From Felis catus (taxonomy: Eukaryota): a DNA stretch of 64,000 nucleotides. Under the pieces are notes generated by a model. The model was not told the DNA's origin. It made no database searches and saw only the letters and a list, made by a program, of their open reading frames with translations. Location: positions 69,380,001 through 69,444,000 of the forward strand of contig NC_058368.1 of the NCBI RefSeq assembly GCF_018350175.1, in the 5' to 3' direction. Of this stretch, positions 50,275-63,231 are shown one piece after another (positions within the stretch are counted from its first letter, which is position 1; every line of letters begins with the position of its first letter). The position numbers were made by a program, and so were the translations under genes.

Positions 50275-50668
50275 TCTTTTCAAGTTTATTTATTTACTTT
50301 GAGAGAAAGGGACAGGATACGGGCAGGGGAAGGGCAGAGAGAGAGGGAGAGAGAGAGAGAGAGAGAAAATCCCAAGCAGGCTCCACATTGTCAGCACTGA
50401 GCCCTACCTGGGGCTCGAACCCATGAACCATGAGATCATGACCTGAGCTGAAATGGAGTCGGCCACCTAACTGAATGAGCCACCCAGGTGCCCCAAGGAG
50501 ATGTTTGTAGGCTCAAATGAGATAATGCACTTTGAAAATGGTAAAGGTCTATATAAAAATATAGATGTTGCTGGGGCACCCGGGTGGCTCAGTCCGTTAA
50601 GTGTGGGACTCTTGATTTCAGCACAGGTCATGATCTCATGGTTTGTGGGATCAAGCCGCTAGTGGGCT
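50275..50668. mobile_element. Can-SINE (50275-50494 -) and 3'-truncated SINE (50573-50668 +)
   Basis: TSDs aaggagatg and atatagat(g/a)ttgct. Confidence 0.92.
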
Positions 50669-51867
50669 ATATAGATATTGCTATCAGTTATTAGTGTGGC
50701 TTCTTCTGGCCTAGATTTCCTTCAGTTCACCTGCTCTCACCATCTCTAGCAAATGTAAGGAAGGGGGAAACATTCCTTTAGCCCACAGCTCCCTCTTTCT
50801 AGGATTTTCTTCATTTTGGTATTTTGTGCGTCTTTAATTTCCTGCCTGCTTTCCTTGTGGGATGAAAGCAGCCAGTCCCAATGGGCCACGCATGATTTCT
50901 GTACTTTTCCCACAGCCAGGCTCAAGGCTACTGCCCGGCTTTCCCTAATAACTGCTCAACTGGGGGCTCCCTCAAGAAGTTCGAGATGCAGGAAGCTGTC
51001 TCCCAGGAGGTGGCGTGGGGAATCGTGAGTGGCTGCCTATGAATTATTAATGCATCATTAATGCATAATTTGCTACGAGGTTTCAGGACTAATTAATTAT
51101 CCCCTTAATAAAGGTCTGCTCATCTTTCTGCAGCAGCCTGTAGGATGGCTTCTCAAAGCCTCCAGGTGCCCGGGTTTTTCAAGCTGCACGCGTGGTGACC
51201 TGCGGGGGTCACGTCCCCTCTGGCCCTGGCTCCCGGAGGTTCTGTGCACCCAGCTGGATATAGAGAATGCTAATGAGTCACTCTAGGTGACTTACAGCAT
51301 TTGTTGGGTGATAGAAAAATCAGTAAAGAACAGTCACCATTGTCTTACTATTCGTGCTTCTTAGATGTCGTCTGGCTGGATGCCAGTACATCTCCTTTCC
51401 TCCGCAGCACCCCCGCCCCCACTTTAACAGAGAGACTCAGGAGCTCTGGGGCTTAGCTCTCTTGTTGCACGTGACCACTTGAATAAAGGGGGGAAAGACT
51501 GACTGCTCAAGTGAGAAGACTCAGTCCAGTCCCAAACAGACGGAGCCTGCAGCAGCTGGGGATCAGGGGTCACATTTTCTCGGGCGAGCTGGGCTTCCGG
51601 CCACGCCACACGCCATCCTTGGGAAACTGAACTTTGGAGTTTCTCATTCTGAAGTTCCTTGTTTTTCCCTAATGCATTTCCTCATCGTGCCACACTGTAA
51701 AACCCTTTCTTCCTGTCCCTTTTCTTGTCACCCTGTTACTTTTCACCGTTGTTTCTTTAATAAGAAAGTTGCTTTTACAGTTGAGTTGCAGTGCCTAAAG
51801 CTTTTGGATGAAAGAGACCATGTCCCATGTCAAATGTGTTAAAATTCATGAGTCCATATTGCAGCTA

Positions 51868-52022
51868 TTTTGTTTAAGTTTATTTATTTATTTTGGGGGG
51901 GGGAGGGGCAGAGATAGAATCCTCAGCAGGCTCCACCCTGTCAGTGCACAGCCCAATGCGGGGCTCAAACTCATGAACCCTGAGATCACTACCTGGGCTG
52001 CTTAACTCACTGAGCTACCCCC
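51868..52022 (-). mobile_element. deleted Can-SINE
   Basis: TSD ccatattgcagct. Confidence 0.9.
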
Positions 52023-52464
52023 ATATTGCAGCTTTCAGAAAAACCCAACTCACTAGTCCTAAGAGGCCCTTGAGAACCTACTTACTGTTTCAAAATCTCA
52101 GAAGGGGAAAGAATGAATCCTTTGGTCTGCCTTTCCCATATGAACTGCATTCCTCTAGATGTTTCTCGTCCTAGAATATTTCAGTTTCTCTAAATAAAGA
52201 AGGAATAATAGGACCAGAATATCTGTAAATATTTCAGTACGTATCTCTAAAAGATAATAGCTTGCTTTCAATGCATAACCATGATTTCATTACTGCATCT
52301 AAAAATATCCGGTCAGTGTCCAAGTGTCTGCAAATGAAACGAAGAATTTAAGCGAGAATCATCAATGGGTACAAACCACATAAAAAGAGACAATCAGATA
52401 TAATCCGCCTCCTGTTGGAAGTTTACAATATCTGCAAATAAAGTATTCCTTAAAAAAAAAATGT

Positions 52465-52918
52465 GGGGCACCTGGGTGGCTCAGTCAGTTACACGTCCGA
52501 CTTCGGCTCAGGTCACGATCTCGCAGTTCGTGGGTTCGAGCCCCTCATCGAGCTCTGTGCTGACAGCTCAGAGCCTGGAGCCTGCTTCGGATTCTGTGTC
52601 TCCCTCTCTCTGACCCTCCCCCGTTCATGCTCTGTCTCTTTCTGTCTCAAAAATAAATAAACATTAAAAAAAAAATTAAAAAAAAATGGAACTCAATTGG
52701 ATCAATTCTTTAGACTTTTTTTTTTTAACGTTTATTTATTTTTGAGACAGAGATAGAGCATGAACGGGAGAGGGTCAGAGAGAGAGGGAGACACAGAATC
52801 TGAAACAGGCTCCGAGCTGTCAGCACAGAGCCCGATGCGGGGCCCGAATCCATTAACCGTGAGATCATGACCTGAGCCGAAGTCAGATGCTTAACCGACT
52901 GAGCCACCCAGGCGCCCC
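52465..52918. mobile_element. tail-to-tail SINEC_Fc pair (52465-52686 +, 52716-52918 -)
   Basis: Two same-subfamily copies ~30 bp apart, inverted. Confidence 0.95.
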
Positions 52919-52929
52919 TGAATCAAGTC

Positions 52930-53510
52930 TTTAAGTCTAACTACCAGGTCCAGGATATATCAGGGTCAGGGAAACATATTAATACCACAAGGATGTCGTC
53001 AGCAAAATCCAGAATGTGGAAAACTATATAAGGCAAATGACCTGATTCCTTTAACAACAAAAAATTGCAAAGAGAAAACAACAACAACAAACAACAGGAG
53101 GGCGAACCTACATTAAAAGAGGTTTAAGAGACACATTGACCAAATGCAATGTACAGGCTTTGTTTGGACCCAGTGTCAGACAGACCGAGGGTACAAGTAT
53201 TTATGAGACACCTGGGGAAATGTGAATGTGAATATTTCCGGTGAAAGTAAGGGTATCGTGATCACATCTAAAAAGAGTCACGCACACACCCGCACATGTA
53301 CATTATAGGCCGAAACATTTACAGATGAATTTAGATGATACCTAGAATTCACTTCAAAACAGTACCTGATTGTGTGTATCGATGGGTGTTGGGGTTCATG
53401 AATTACGGATGAAACAAGATTGGCCGAGAGTTGGGAAATGTTGAAGTTGGCCAATGAAGGTTCGCTATAATAGCCTCTCTTCTTCTCCGTATGCTGAAAT
53501 CTTCCACAAT
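52930..53510 (+). mobile_element. old L1MC/ME 3' end
   Basis: cagcaaaatccagaatgtggaaaact...gatgaaacaagattggcc. Confidence 0.75.
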
Positions 53511-54654
53511 GGAGCGTAGAATGAATGATGAATGAGAGAATACATGAGCAAAGTAGTAAAACCCCTGCCCCCCCTCCCTCCAGAAGGGACGGCATCTCAG
53601 GATGATTCTGCTGCTTCCCTGTTCAGAGTATTCCCAACCCTGATGGTTTGCTCCTTCCCTGTAACCTCTCCCAAACCACGGAAAACTTGGGGCAGCAAAG
53701 CCTTGACATTCATTTTCCCATTCTAAGTCACTTAGAACAAACACCTGTATTGATTCAAATCCCATCAACCTTTAAAAGCAATTCATTATATATTTCATGA
53801 GGCAGAATCAATCCACACATAAATACCATCTGGTTCTTAAATATTTCATAATTTTTCTCTCTGGGTCTTAAATACATCCACGGTTTTCAGCATGGCTCAC
53901 TTGACTATAGATATTGTGTGATATCCTGGGTGTTATTCAACATTTGTACCATCAACCTGCCTTGAAATTAGGGCAGCATTTATATTTCAAGGGTGGATTT
54001 TTGTTCTTCCTTGTTTTCCTCATGCCCATGCCGTTGGCCTACTTAGTCTTTGACGGTGCTCTCTCCTTCAGCCCAGTTGTAGGGCTCCCGTGAATTATTG
54101 GCACTGAAACCCTACCTGTGATTCCTCTGGCTTCCTTCACAGGACCCAGCAGCTACTCCCAGAGTCAGCCGTCCCCTCATTTCACAATAACGAGGAGAAA
54201 GCACATGTTTGGGGTCAGGAGAAATGGTTGTTAATTTTTAAGAGCAACCAGAACTTGAGAATTTTTTTTTAAGGGAAAGAATGCCAAAGTTCTTGCTTTG
54301 AGATCCTTTTTGATATTTCTTTGTTGTGCTGAGAAAAAAATACAGCCCCAAATGCAACAAAACCACATAAAAGCATGGAATGGTCAGAGTATAATCATTT
54401 CTTTTTTAATCGAAGTAAAGTAGCCAGTTCCTAGACTTTAAATTAAAAAGAAAAATGAACTCCCGGGTCTTTTCAGAGACTAATTTTATTTTAAAAGCAG
54501 CATTCATTGCTTTAATAAAAACACGCATTAGTTTAATACTTTCCATATTCTAATTTCAGAAACGTTCATGGGAAATGTTAAAATATTCCACTGTGTTTGA
54601 AGTGGGAGTAGAAGCTGAAAAAATTGAGATAACTTTTAAAAAAACAGTTTTGTG

Positions 54655-54860
54655 GGGCACCTGGGTGGCTCAGTTGGTTAAGCATCCGACTTCGGCCCAG
54701 GTCGTGATCTCACAGTGTGTGTGTTCAAGCCCCGCATCAGGCTCTGTGCTGACAGTGCAGAGCCTGCTCGGGATTCTCTCTCTTCGCCTCTCTTTCTGCC
54801 CCTCCCCCCCTTGTACTTTCTCTCAAAAATAAATAAATAAACTTAAAAAAAAAAAAAAAG
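54655..54860 (+). mobile_element. Can-SINE
   Basis: Full length, A tail. Confidence 0.95.
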
Positions 54861-54869
54861 ATCTAGGTA

Positions 54870-55160
54870 AAAAAATGTACCTGGGACTTGTTTTAATTAG
54901 GTATGGTAAGACATATAGACACAGAAATGACTGTCATAAAGGCAGAAGTTTTTTTTATTATTCTCAACCTTTCCTGGAGACAGGAGGCACAGCACACATG
55001 CGGGGCCACATGAGGAAGCACCACAGTCGGTCAGAAAGCAGAGGGGACAGGAGAAAACGTGGGCAAGAGCCTGTATTGTGGTGTCCATAGGAGAGACAAG
55101 GCAAGGCAGGACAGGCTGACTTCGCATTCTCCGGTTTAAATATATCCTCCGGGCACTTTA
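54870..55160 (-). mobile_element. MER76-like ERVL LTR
   Basis: cctgggacttg...gaaatgactgtcataaaggcagaag...gaaaacgtgggcaagagcc. Confidence 0.7.
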
Positions 55161-56008
55161 TAGTTGAAACTCTCTGAGGCACTTACCTGTCTGCTTGTGT
55201 AACATCTGTTCCCCCTGCTAGAACGTAAGCTGCATTCGCCTCTCTCTACCTGGTTTCTAGAGCAGTCACTGGTACCTAGGAGGGGCTCAATAAATATTCT
55301 CTAAGTGAACAAATGCAGAGCTAAAATAAAACCCAGTGGCCTCTTTACTTGAATAGGCATCTAGTAATTGATCTCAGAAAATAATAATTCCCGCGATGTT
55401 TTTAGTAAACACTGATACTGGATTTTGGGGTACCACACATTTTAAGAAAAATACTGACAGACTAGAGTGACTAGAGCCAAGATAATATACCCAGCATGGT
55501 CTAAATATCATCTCATGGAATTATGGAGGAGCGTGGACATTTAATTAGCAGCTACCAGGTGCCAAGAAGTGTGTTAGGTTGTAAAGCAACTAACCTCCAG
55601 TTGCCACATGGGGTAACTTGCCTCTGAATTCAGCTGGCTGGGTGGAGAGGTGCATGTACAGATAGGAAACAGGTCCCCTAGACCTTTAAGGGGAAAGCCC
55701 TGTTCTTCTATGTTAGTGGCTAGCGCTTAGTTAGCTCCAGCTGAGATCTGGTTCTCTGGGAGGGCCTCGCCTTCAGCAGAAGCCAGATGGGGAGGGAAAA
55801 CCTCAGGTGAAATACAGAGTGCCTAGGACCTTGGCTTTCTTGACTCGAATAATCCAAAGAAGGTGTTGGTCAAGGACCAGGCCTGGACAGCACTCTTGGG
55901 CTTAGCCCTTGACCAGCCCAATTTCACCTGGTTGTACCATAATCCACTAGCCTGCTGGGTATACATGGAGATCAGCTCTTCTGACTTGCTTACAACGCTG
56001 GTCCCATC

Positions 56009-56376
56009 TGTAATGGTTACTTATATGTGTCAACTTGACTAGGCCGTAGTTATCCGACCTAGACTAATTTATTCAACTAACTACTGATCTAGATGTTACT
56101 GTGAAAGCGTTTTGTAGCTGTGGCCAACATCTCTCATCAGCGGATTTAGAGTAGAGATTACCCTTGATAATCTGGGTGAGCCTCATCCAATCAGTCGAAG
56201 GTCTTAACAAAAATCAGAGTCTCCCTGAGGAAGAAGTTTTATCTCAGCAGCCTCAGCTCCAGGTATAAAATTCCCAGCCTGCTCACCTGCCCTACAATCA
56301 CATGAGCCAGTTCCTTGAAATAAATTCCTTAACACACATCCATGTTCTGTTTCTTTGATGAACCCTGACTGATATG
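56009..56376 (+). mobile_element. MLT2 (ERVL) solo LTR
   Basis: tgtaatggttacttatatgtgtcaacttgactaggcc ... gaaccctgactgata. Confidence 0.85.
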
Positions 56377-57114
56377 CTGCCCCTGGCTTTTGAGGGATGT
56401 GTGCTCAGGTTTGCTCTTTTTTCTGGACCCGGGCTTCAGAAGAAACTGTCCTTCCTATTCTTGCCTGATTAAATTCCATGCATTCGTGTAGGGTCTCAGG
56501 CTAATGGACACTCATGGGGACTTGTCATCCCTGACCACCTTTGCCACGTTCAGCCCCACTTTGTGGGGCTTCATACCCATGGGAGGAGGGATTGAGTCTG
56601 TCTTACCCCCGACAAGAATACCTAGCTCCCTAGCTCCCTGCAGTGCTAGCAAATGGTAGGTACCCATAAGTATCTGTTGAATGCACACGGGGTTGCAAAT
56701 TTACGCACACTCTTACGCACACCCTTCAGATGTACAAGGAAATGCAGCTTCTTTAGTTTACTACAACCAATCAGATCTTCCTGTGAGCACTCCACTCTGC
56801 TGAGTTGTCAAAGGAAAAACATTAAACTCTACTTCACTGTGTCATTTTCTTCTTGTTTGAATGGTCTCTTTCGGGGGGAAAATTAATACACGAGAAATAA
56901 CAAAAAATGTTTCTAGGGGCAAGAACATGATAGATATACTTCCCCTTTTCTTATACCATAGCACGGTAGATTTTTGTCGCTCTGTAATTTCTGGCTCCTT
57001 TGTTTATCTTCACTGGACGTTAGAAATGTTATTTCGGAAGAAATGATCCAAACAAAATGATTTAGAAGCAACTTCTAACCTTGCACCCTGACTTTAAAAG
57101 ACATCCTTTAGTTG

Positions 57115-57910
57115 TTTTTTTTTTTAATGTTTTTATTTATTTTTGAGACAGAGAGAGACAGAGCATGAGCAGGGGAGGGACAGAGAGAGAGGGAGACACA
57201 GAATCTGAAGTAGGCTCCAGGCTCTGAGCTGTCAGCACAGAGCCTGATGCAGGGCTCGAACCCATGAACTGAAAGATCATGACCTGAGCCAAGGTCGGAC
57301 GCTCAACCGACTGAGCCACCCAGGCACCCCAGACATCCTTTAGTTTATATGGTTTTCAATTCCCATGAAGTTCATACGGTTCTCCATTATGTTTTCCTAC
57401 TATGTCAACTATCAGAACATGAAAATTCTGCTTATGTTCTTTGTTAAACATTTTCTAAAATTCTGACTAAATTTTAAGGTTTTCTAGGAAAAGTGCTATA
57501 AACAACTGTGTTGACACTGAAGAATACAATTTATTTTTTTAAGTTTATTTTCTTTATCTTGAGAAAGAGAGCTCGTGTGTGAGAGTGGGGAGGGGCAGAG
57601 ATAGAGGGAGAGAGAGAATCCCAAGCAGGCTGCACGCTGTCAGCACAGAGCCTGATGTGGGGCTCGCGCCCACAAACCGTGAGATCATGACCTGAACCGA
57701 AGTCAAGAGTCGGACACTCAACCTACTGAGCCACCCAGGTGCCCTGAAGACTACATTTTAAAAGCACTATAAGTGGGGCACCTGGGCGGCTCAGTTGGTT
57801 AAGCATCCAACTGTTGATGTCAGTTTGGGTCTTGATCTCAGGGTCGTGACTTTAAGCCCTGAACTGAGCTCTGTGCTAGGCGTGAAGCCTACTTAAAAAA
57901 GAAAAAAAAA
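57115..57910. mobile_element. three Can-SINEs (57115-57330 -, 57531-57745 -, 57775-57910 +)
   Basis: TSD agacatcctttagtt for the first; heads visible for all. Confidence 0.93.
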
Positions 57911-58138
57911 GGGTAAAAGCGCTAAAATTGAAGCTTCCATTGGGGATTTTTAAAATAGGTTTTATGGACTTTCAAAGCTTAATAACAAAGGCTATTTTTG
58001 TAAAAAGAAAGGTATCTTTTGAAATTACTTGATTTCTTCAGGATAAATGCTCATACTTGCCAGGGTTTTAAACTATGTGAATTAAATGCTGGCCTCCTCC
58101 TTTTCTTCCTGCCTTCCGGGCATCTGGTGTAGAAGCGG

Positions 58139-58517
58139 TGTCTTAGCTTGGGCGCCATAACAGAATAGTAGAGATGGGTGTGGGAGAGTTAACACACATT
58201 TATCTTCTCCAGTTCTGGAGGCCACAAGTCTAAGATCAGGGTTCCCGCATGGTCAGGCTCCAACGAGAGCCCTCTCTCTGGCTTGCAGGTAGCCCTTTTC
58301 TTGCTGTGTCCTCACATGGGGGGCAATCGGGGTAGAGAGAGCTCTCTCTCCTCTTGTAAGGGCATTCATCCCATCGTGAGGGCCCCACCCTCATGACCTC
58401 TTCCAAACTGAATTATCTCCCACAGATCCCGCCTCTAAATGCCATCACATTGGGGGGGTAGGACTTCAACACATGAATGGGCGGGGGGGAGTATACTATG
58501 GGAATTTGGTCCATAGT
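58139..58517 (-). mobile_element. MLT1A-like MaLR LTR
   Basis: tgtcttagcttgggcgccataacag...cccaccctcatgacctc...ccatcacattgggg. Confidence 0.85.
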
Positions 58518-59109
58518 AGGGGTTTCACCTGACCCCATGGTGGCAGGATGGGAAGGGACCCGAGGATTATACCCTGTCCTCTAGGGATGTGCTGGTTCCT
58601 GCTGTGATTACCTAGTGTTTTCGAGTCCCTATGCTAGTAAACCGCTGAAATGTGACTGGCCCCCTCCGAGCTGACCTTCTGGGATGCTGACACCTGGCAC
58701 TGAACCCTAGAAGGTGGCTACCTCCTTTGGATCTTCCCCAGGTCTCTACTGGCCAAAAGGTGGTCTCAGAAGCTCCCCAGCCCAGCAGGCCCCAAGCACC
58801 TAGGGACCTCCTGCAAGCATGCCTGGGCCACGGGGAGGTGGGAATCCCTCCCTCCCCAGTGCAGGCTACTCACTCACACGCTTTGCTGAAACTGGACCTC
58901 ATCCAGGAGGGGTGCAGGGTTTCAGGCTCTGCCCAGCGAAGCGTACCACTGGCATTGATATTCCCAGGGATCTCTGTTCTCTCTCGTTGTCTCCACAAAC
59001 CCTCGGGGGAAGACATGAGCAGCCTGATGTCCTGCTTACAGCATATCTGTCCTCCCCTTCCCACATTCCAGAATCCTCACCGCTGCCTACCAGGCTCTTG
59101 GGCAGATGA

Positions 59110-59647
59110 CAGTAAGCACAGCAGGTGCAACCAGTGCCCTGAGAGGGGCCTGATTACAAGGTTAGCCCTTGGCTGGCAACTAGGAACTTAGACTTTCTGG
59201 AAGGGTCCCACCACTAACTGGTAAGAGGAGCTCCCTGGGCCTAAACTATTTCTACAGACAGTATGGTTTATGCTGAGCATCTGCTTTTCTTCTGGAAGGC
59301 TGGGATTTAGAGACATGTCAGGTGTCAGGCAGAGGGCACTATGTGGTCAGCCCCCAATAAAAGCCCTGGGCACTGAGTCGGTAATGAGGTTTCCTGGTAG
59401 GCAACATTTCACACGTGTCATCACAACAACTTGCTTGGGGAATGGAGCATGTCCTGTGTGACTCCACGGGCAGAGGATTCTGGAAGCATATACCTGGCTT
59501 TCCTGACTTTGCCCATGCACCTTTTTGTCTTTGCTGATTTTGCTTTGGACATAATAAATTGTAGCCATGAGTACGATTATATGCTGAGTCTGTGGGTCCC
59601 CCTATGAATCGCTTGAACCTGGGGTGGATTTGGGGTTGCCCCAACAC
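59110..59647 (+). mobile_element. MER68-like ERVL solo LTR
   Basis: caaggttagcccttggctggc...gcccccaataaaagccctgggcactgagtc...ccatgagtacgattatatgctgagtc...aacaca. Confidence 0.75.
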
Positions 59648-59689
59648 ACCCCTACCTCATCTCATCCAGGCATCCTTCTTTTTTATCTG

Positions 59690-59860
59690 ATTTTTTTTAA
59701 TGTGTATTTATTTTTGAGGAGGGTGGGGTGGAGACAAAGGACCAGAAGCAGGCTCTGTACTGTCAGCGCAGAGCCCAATGCTGGGTTCTGATTTGCAAAC
59801 CAGGAGATCACGACCTGAGCCAAGTCAGACGCTTAACCAACTGAGCCACCCAGGCGCCCC
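59690..59860 (-). mobile_element. Can-SINE
   Basis: TSD tccaggca. Confidence 0.9.
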
Positions 59861-59869
59861 AGTCCAGGC

Positions 59870-60170
59870 ACCTTTCTGACCTCATCACCTAATGCCCTAC
59901 CCCACTACTCTCCCTAGACTCTTGAACACATGCTGTTCCTTCTGTCTGGAGCGTTCTGCCCAGACTGGCTTCCACATAGCCCAGTCCTCTGCTCTGACAT
60001 CCTTGACCTCCACACTGTAAAACTGCACCCTCCCTATCATTCTCTGTGCCCTCACCCCACTTATTTTTCTCATTAGCATTTATCACCCCTCGATACGCTT
60101 ATATTTATTAGTTTCTTGACTCACTGGCCGCCCCTCAGCTGCCTGCACCAGAACGAAACCTCGATAAAGC
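59870..60170 (+). mobile_element. L2 relic
   Basis: gctgttccttctgtctgga...tttttctcattagcatttatcacc. Confidence 0.65.
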
Positions 60171-61089
60171 AGTGATTATTTTTATTTCCTTCCTATTTGG
60201 AGCAAACCACCCCAAATGGATGCCTGGGTGAAATAACACGATGTCTAGGATTTGCTTTAAACTTTATTAAATAAAAAAATGTGCTGCCATGGCCAAGAGC
60301 ACCAGGAACTCACTTAAGAAACTATCTAATGCAAAATGTATGTTTGAGTTTATGCGATTATCACATGATAAAGACAGGTTATCATGTGATAACTCTATAG
60401 ATATTTTATTTATATGTACTTTCTAAATTTACCATGACAAATTTAAAACAAAAGTATAAAAGATAGAAGAATAAATTTCCATAAAACAAAACACAGAGTA
60501 AGTTATCGCCAAGATTTTATCACATAGCGTCTCTCTTTTTCTCCTTCGCTGCAATATTTTAAAGCACATTTCAGGTTTCATGACATTTTACCCCTACATA
60601 CTTCATAACGTATCTCTGAAAATTATGGACATTTTCTTACATAATCATAGGCCATTTATCACACCTAACAAAATTAATAATAATTCTTGGAATTGTAATA
60701 CCCAGATCATAATAAAAACTCCCTGGTTGTATTAAAAAGCCTTTCTGCATTTGTTTTGCTGGAATCAGAATCCAAACAAATTCCACACATGTTCTTTGGT
60801 TCTGTCTCTTGAGTCTTTGTTAATCTAAAACAGTCCCCTCTCATTTTTCGTTCGTGCCATTTTTTGCATAGTATGTTTTTTCAACTAAAATGTTTATTTC
60901 AGAAGCACAGATTAGAACAAATGGGGGACAAGAGTGAAATCTGCATGTACAGTAGAAATATGGGCTTCTTAAAAGCACGTAGAAATGGAGAATTAGGCAG
61001 TAATAGTTTCACTGGTTTCTTGCACAGACCTTGCTGGGTGGGACCTTGACTGAATTAGAATCTGCTTTCTACTTTTCTCTCACTCTCGC

Positions 61090-61630
61090 TCTTTTTTTTT
61101 TAATGTTTATTTATTTATTTTTGAGAGAGAGAGAGGGAACACAAACAGGGGAGAGGAAGCAAGGGAAGGAGACCCAGAATCCGAAGCAGGCTCCAGGCTC
61201 TGAGCCGTCAGCACAGAGCCCCACGAGGGGCTCCAACTCACAAACTGTGAGATCATGACCTGAGCCAAAGTCGGACACATTCAATCGCAAGGTATGGTGA
61301 AGCGAGATGGAGAAGAATTTCCTATCCGTTATTTGCTGCTTTGGCCATGGCTCTTGGGCAAATCAGTAATCTCTTCAGCTCTCATGGTCCTCCTGTGTAA
61401 TGCTTTACAAAAATAAAATTTATGGGGGCACCTGGGTGGCTCAGTCAGTTGAGCATCTGACTTCGGCTCAGGTCATGATCTCACAGTTCATGGGTTCGAG
61501 CCCTATGTCAGGCTGACAGCTCAGCCTGGAGCCTTCAGATTCTGTGTCTCCCTCTCTCTCTGCCCCTCCCCCACTCATGTTCTGTCTCTCTTTGTCTCAA
61601 AAATAAATAAACATTGGAAAAAAAAAAGTT
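61090..61630. mobile_element. two SINEC_Fc (61090-61280 -, head missing; 61424-61630 +)
   Basis: SINE bodies visible. Confidence 0.92.
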
Positions 61631-62078
61631 TAATAAATAAAGTTTAAAGTACAACTATCTTTGTTTCTTTGTTGCGAATTTTTTCCCTGAGATATCACTT
61701 TGTACTATATGGTTTGGAAAATGCTATCTTTGGATGTCGGTGAGTTCACTCTCAGAAGAGGTGATTGGGTCAGAAACCTGCATATTGTTAGTTACATCGT
61801 TTTCCTGTTTGACCCTCCTCTACCCTTTCGGCATTTAGTGAAAAATTTAAAAGCTGTGGCACATCTCAGGTGTGAAAAGAGGAAACAATAATGGAGTTGG
61901 AACATGCCTAGCACATTAATGAGGACTCTCTGACGGTAAATAGCACAACTCAGCTTCGGCTAGCTCTTGTGACGATGGGCCTTGTTACTCAGGTACCACA
62001 AGGAATGCAAAGGCTAGGATACAGCTAGCTTTAGAAATGGAACCAGGGGTGGTGAGGAGTAGAGAATCCAAGAACTCC

Positions 62079-62546
62079 TGTTTTGGATTGAATTGTGTCC
62101 CCCAAAAGATTCGTTGAATACCTGACTCCTGGGGTCTGTGAACATGGCTTTATATTGGAAATAGGGTCTCTGCAGATGTAATCAAGCTAAGCCGAGGACA
62201 TACTAGAATGGGGGGGGGGGGACAACCTAATATGGCTGGTATCATTATAAGAAAAGGAGAAGGAGAGATGAACAGACACAGAGGGAAGAACGCCATGTGA
62301 AGATGGGAGGTAGAGAGACTGGAGTGATGTCTTCAGAAACCAAGAATAGCAAGGATTGCCAATAAACACTGGGAGTGAAGAGAAAGGCATAGAACAGATT
62401 CTCCCCAGATACGTCAGTGGGAGCATGGCCCTGATGACACTTGCTTTCCAGCTTCTAGCTTCCAGAACTTTGACACATACATTTTTATATTTTAAGCCAT
62501 CCCAGTCAAAGACGTTCGGTTATGGCCGCTCTGGGAAAAGAATACA
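62079..62546 (+). mobile_element. MLT1C-like MaLR solo LTR
   Basis: tgttttggattgaattgtgtcccccaaaagat...ggaaatagggtctctgcagatgtaatc...gaataca. Confidence 0.85.
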
Positions 62547-63029
62547 CGTTTCTGCCTCTTGCCTTTGTCTCCCTGGGAAAATCTCTGTCTGTCTTTCATA
62601 CTGCCAACTAAATGTTTCTGTTTTCTAGTTCAAATGGTAGCAAAGAGTTGTCAACAACAGTTTCTAAGTTTACATGATACAGCAATCGAGATAGACTGCA
62701 TAGTTTCTCTTCCCTCCTCCTCCAAATTCTCAGGGAAAGGACTTAGGGTCCTCTTGGGATTGAGTGCCCATCTCAGGCCCATCAAGTACTTCCTTGGGTG
62801 AGTCAGGATTGCATCTGTGGAGGAGGCTGGGTCTATTGGTCAAATAATCCAACAGATGTCCACCAGACACATGAGTTCAATGGAGGAGAGGCGGGAGGCC
62901 CCGTGCCACTCGGGTGTCCCTAGGAGACCAGTCTCTGAAGTGTGAAAACCCCAAGGAGGCACATATGACCGACCAGGTCAAGCACCACTCCCCAGCAGAA
63001 TTTTCTCTTTTGCCCCACCCCACCTCTGC

Positions 63030-63231
63030 TTTTTTTTTCTTTTTTAAAAAATATTTTATTTATTTTCGAGGGAGCACAAGCAAGGGAGGGGCAAAGAGAG
63101 GAGGAAAGAGGATCTGAAGTGGGCTCTGTGCTGACAGAAGAGAGCCTGATGTGGGGCTTGAACTCACGAGCCACGAGATCATGACCTGAGCTGAAGTCGG
63201 ACGCTCAACCGACTGAGCCACCCAGGTGCCT
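63030..63231 (-). mobile_element. Can-SINE
   Basis: TSD tctgcttttttttt. Confidence 0.93.

Noticed and set aside
58727..59191. 154-aa ORF
   Set aside because: Non-ATG start, runs into an LTR, no recognisable homology.
1636..63174. Many ORFs with WVAQSVKRPTSAQVMIS / GHDLAVREFEP / QAPGSELSAQSP motifs that look like a repeated protein family
   Set aside because: They are translations of Can-SINE copies, not genes.
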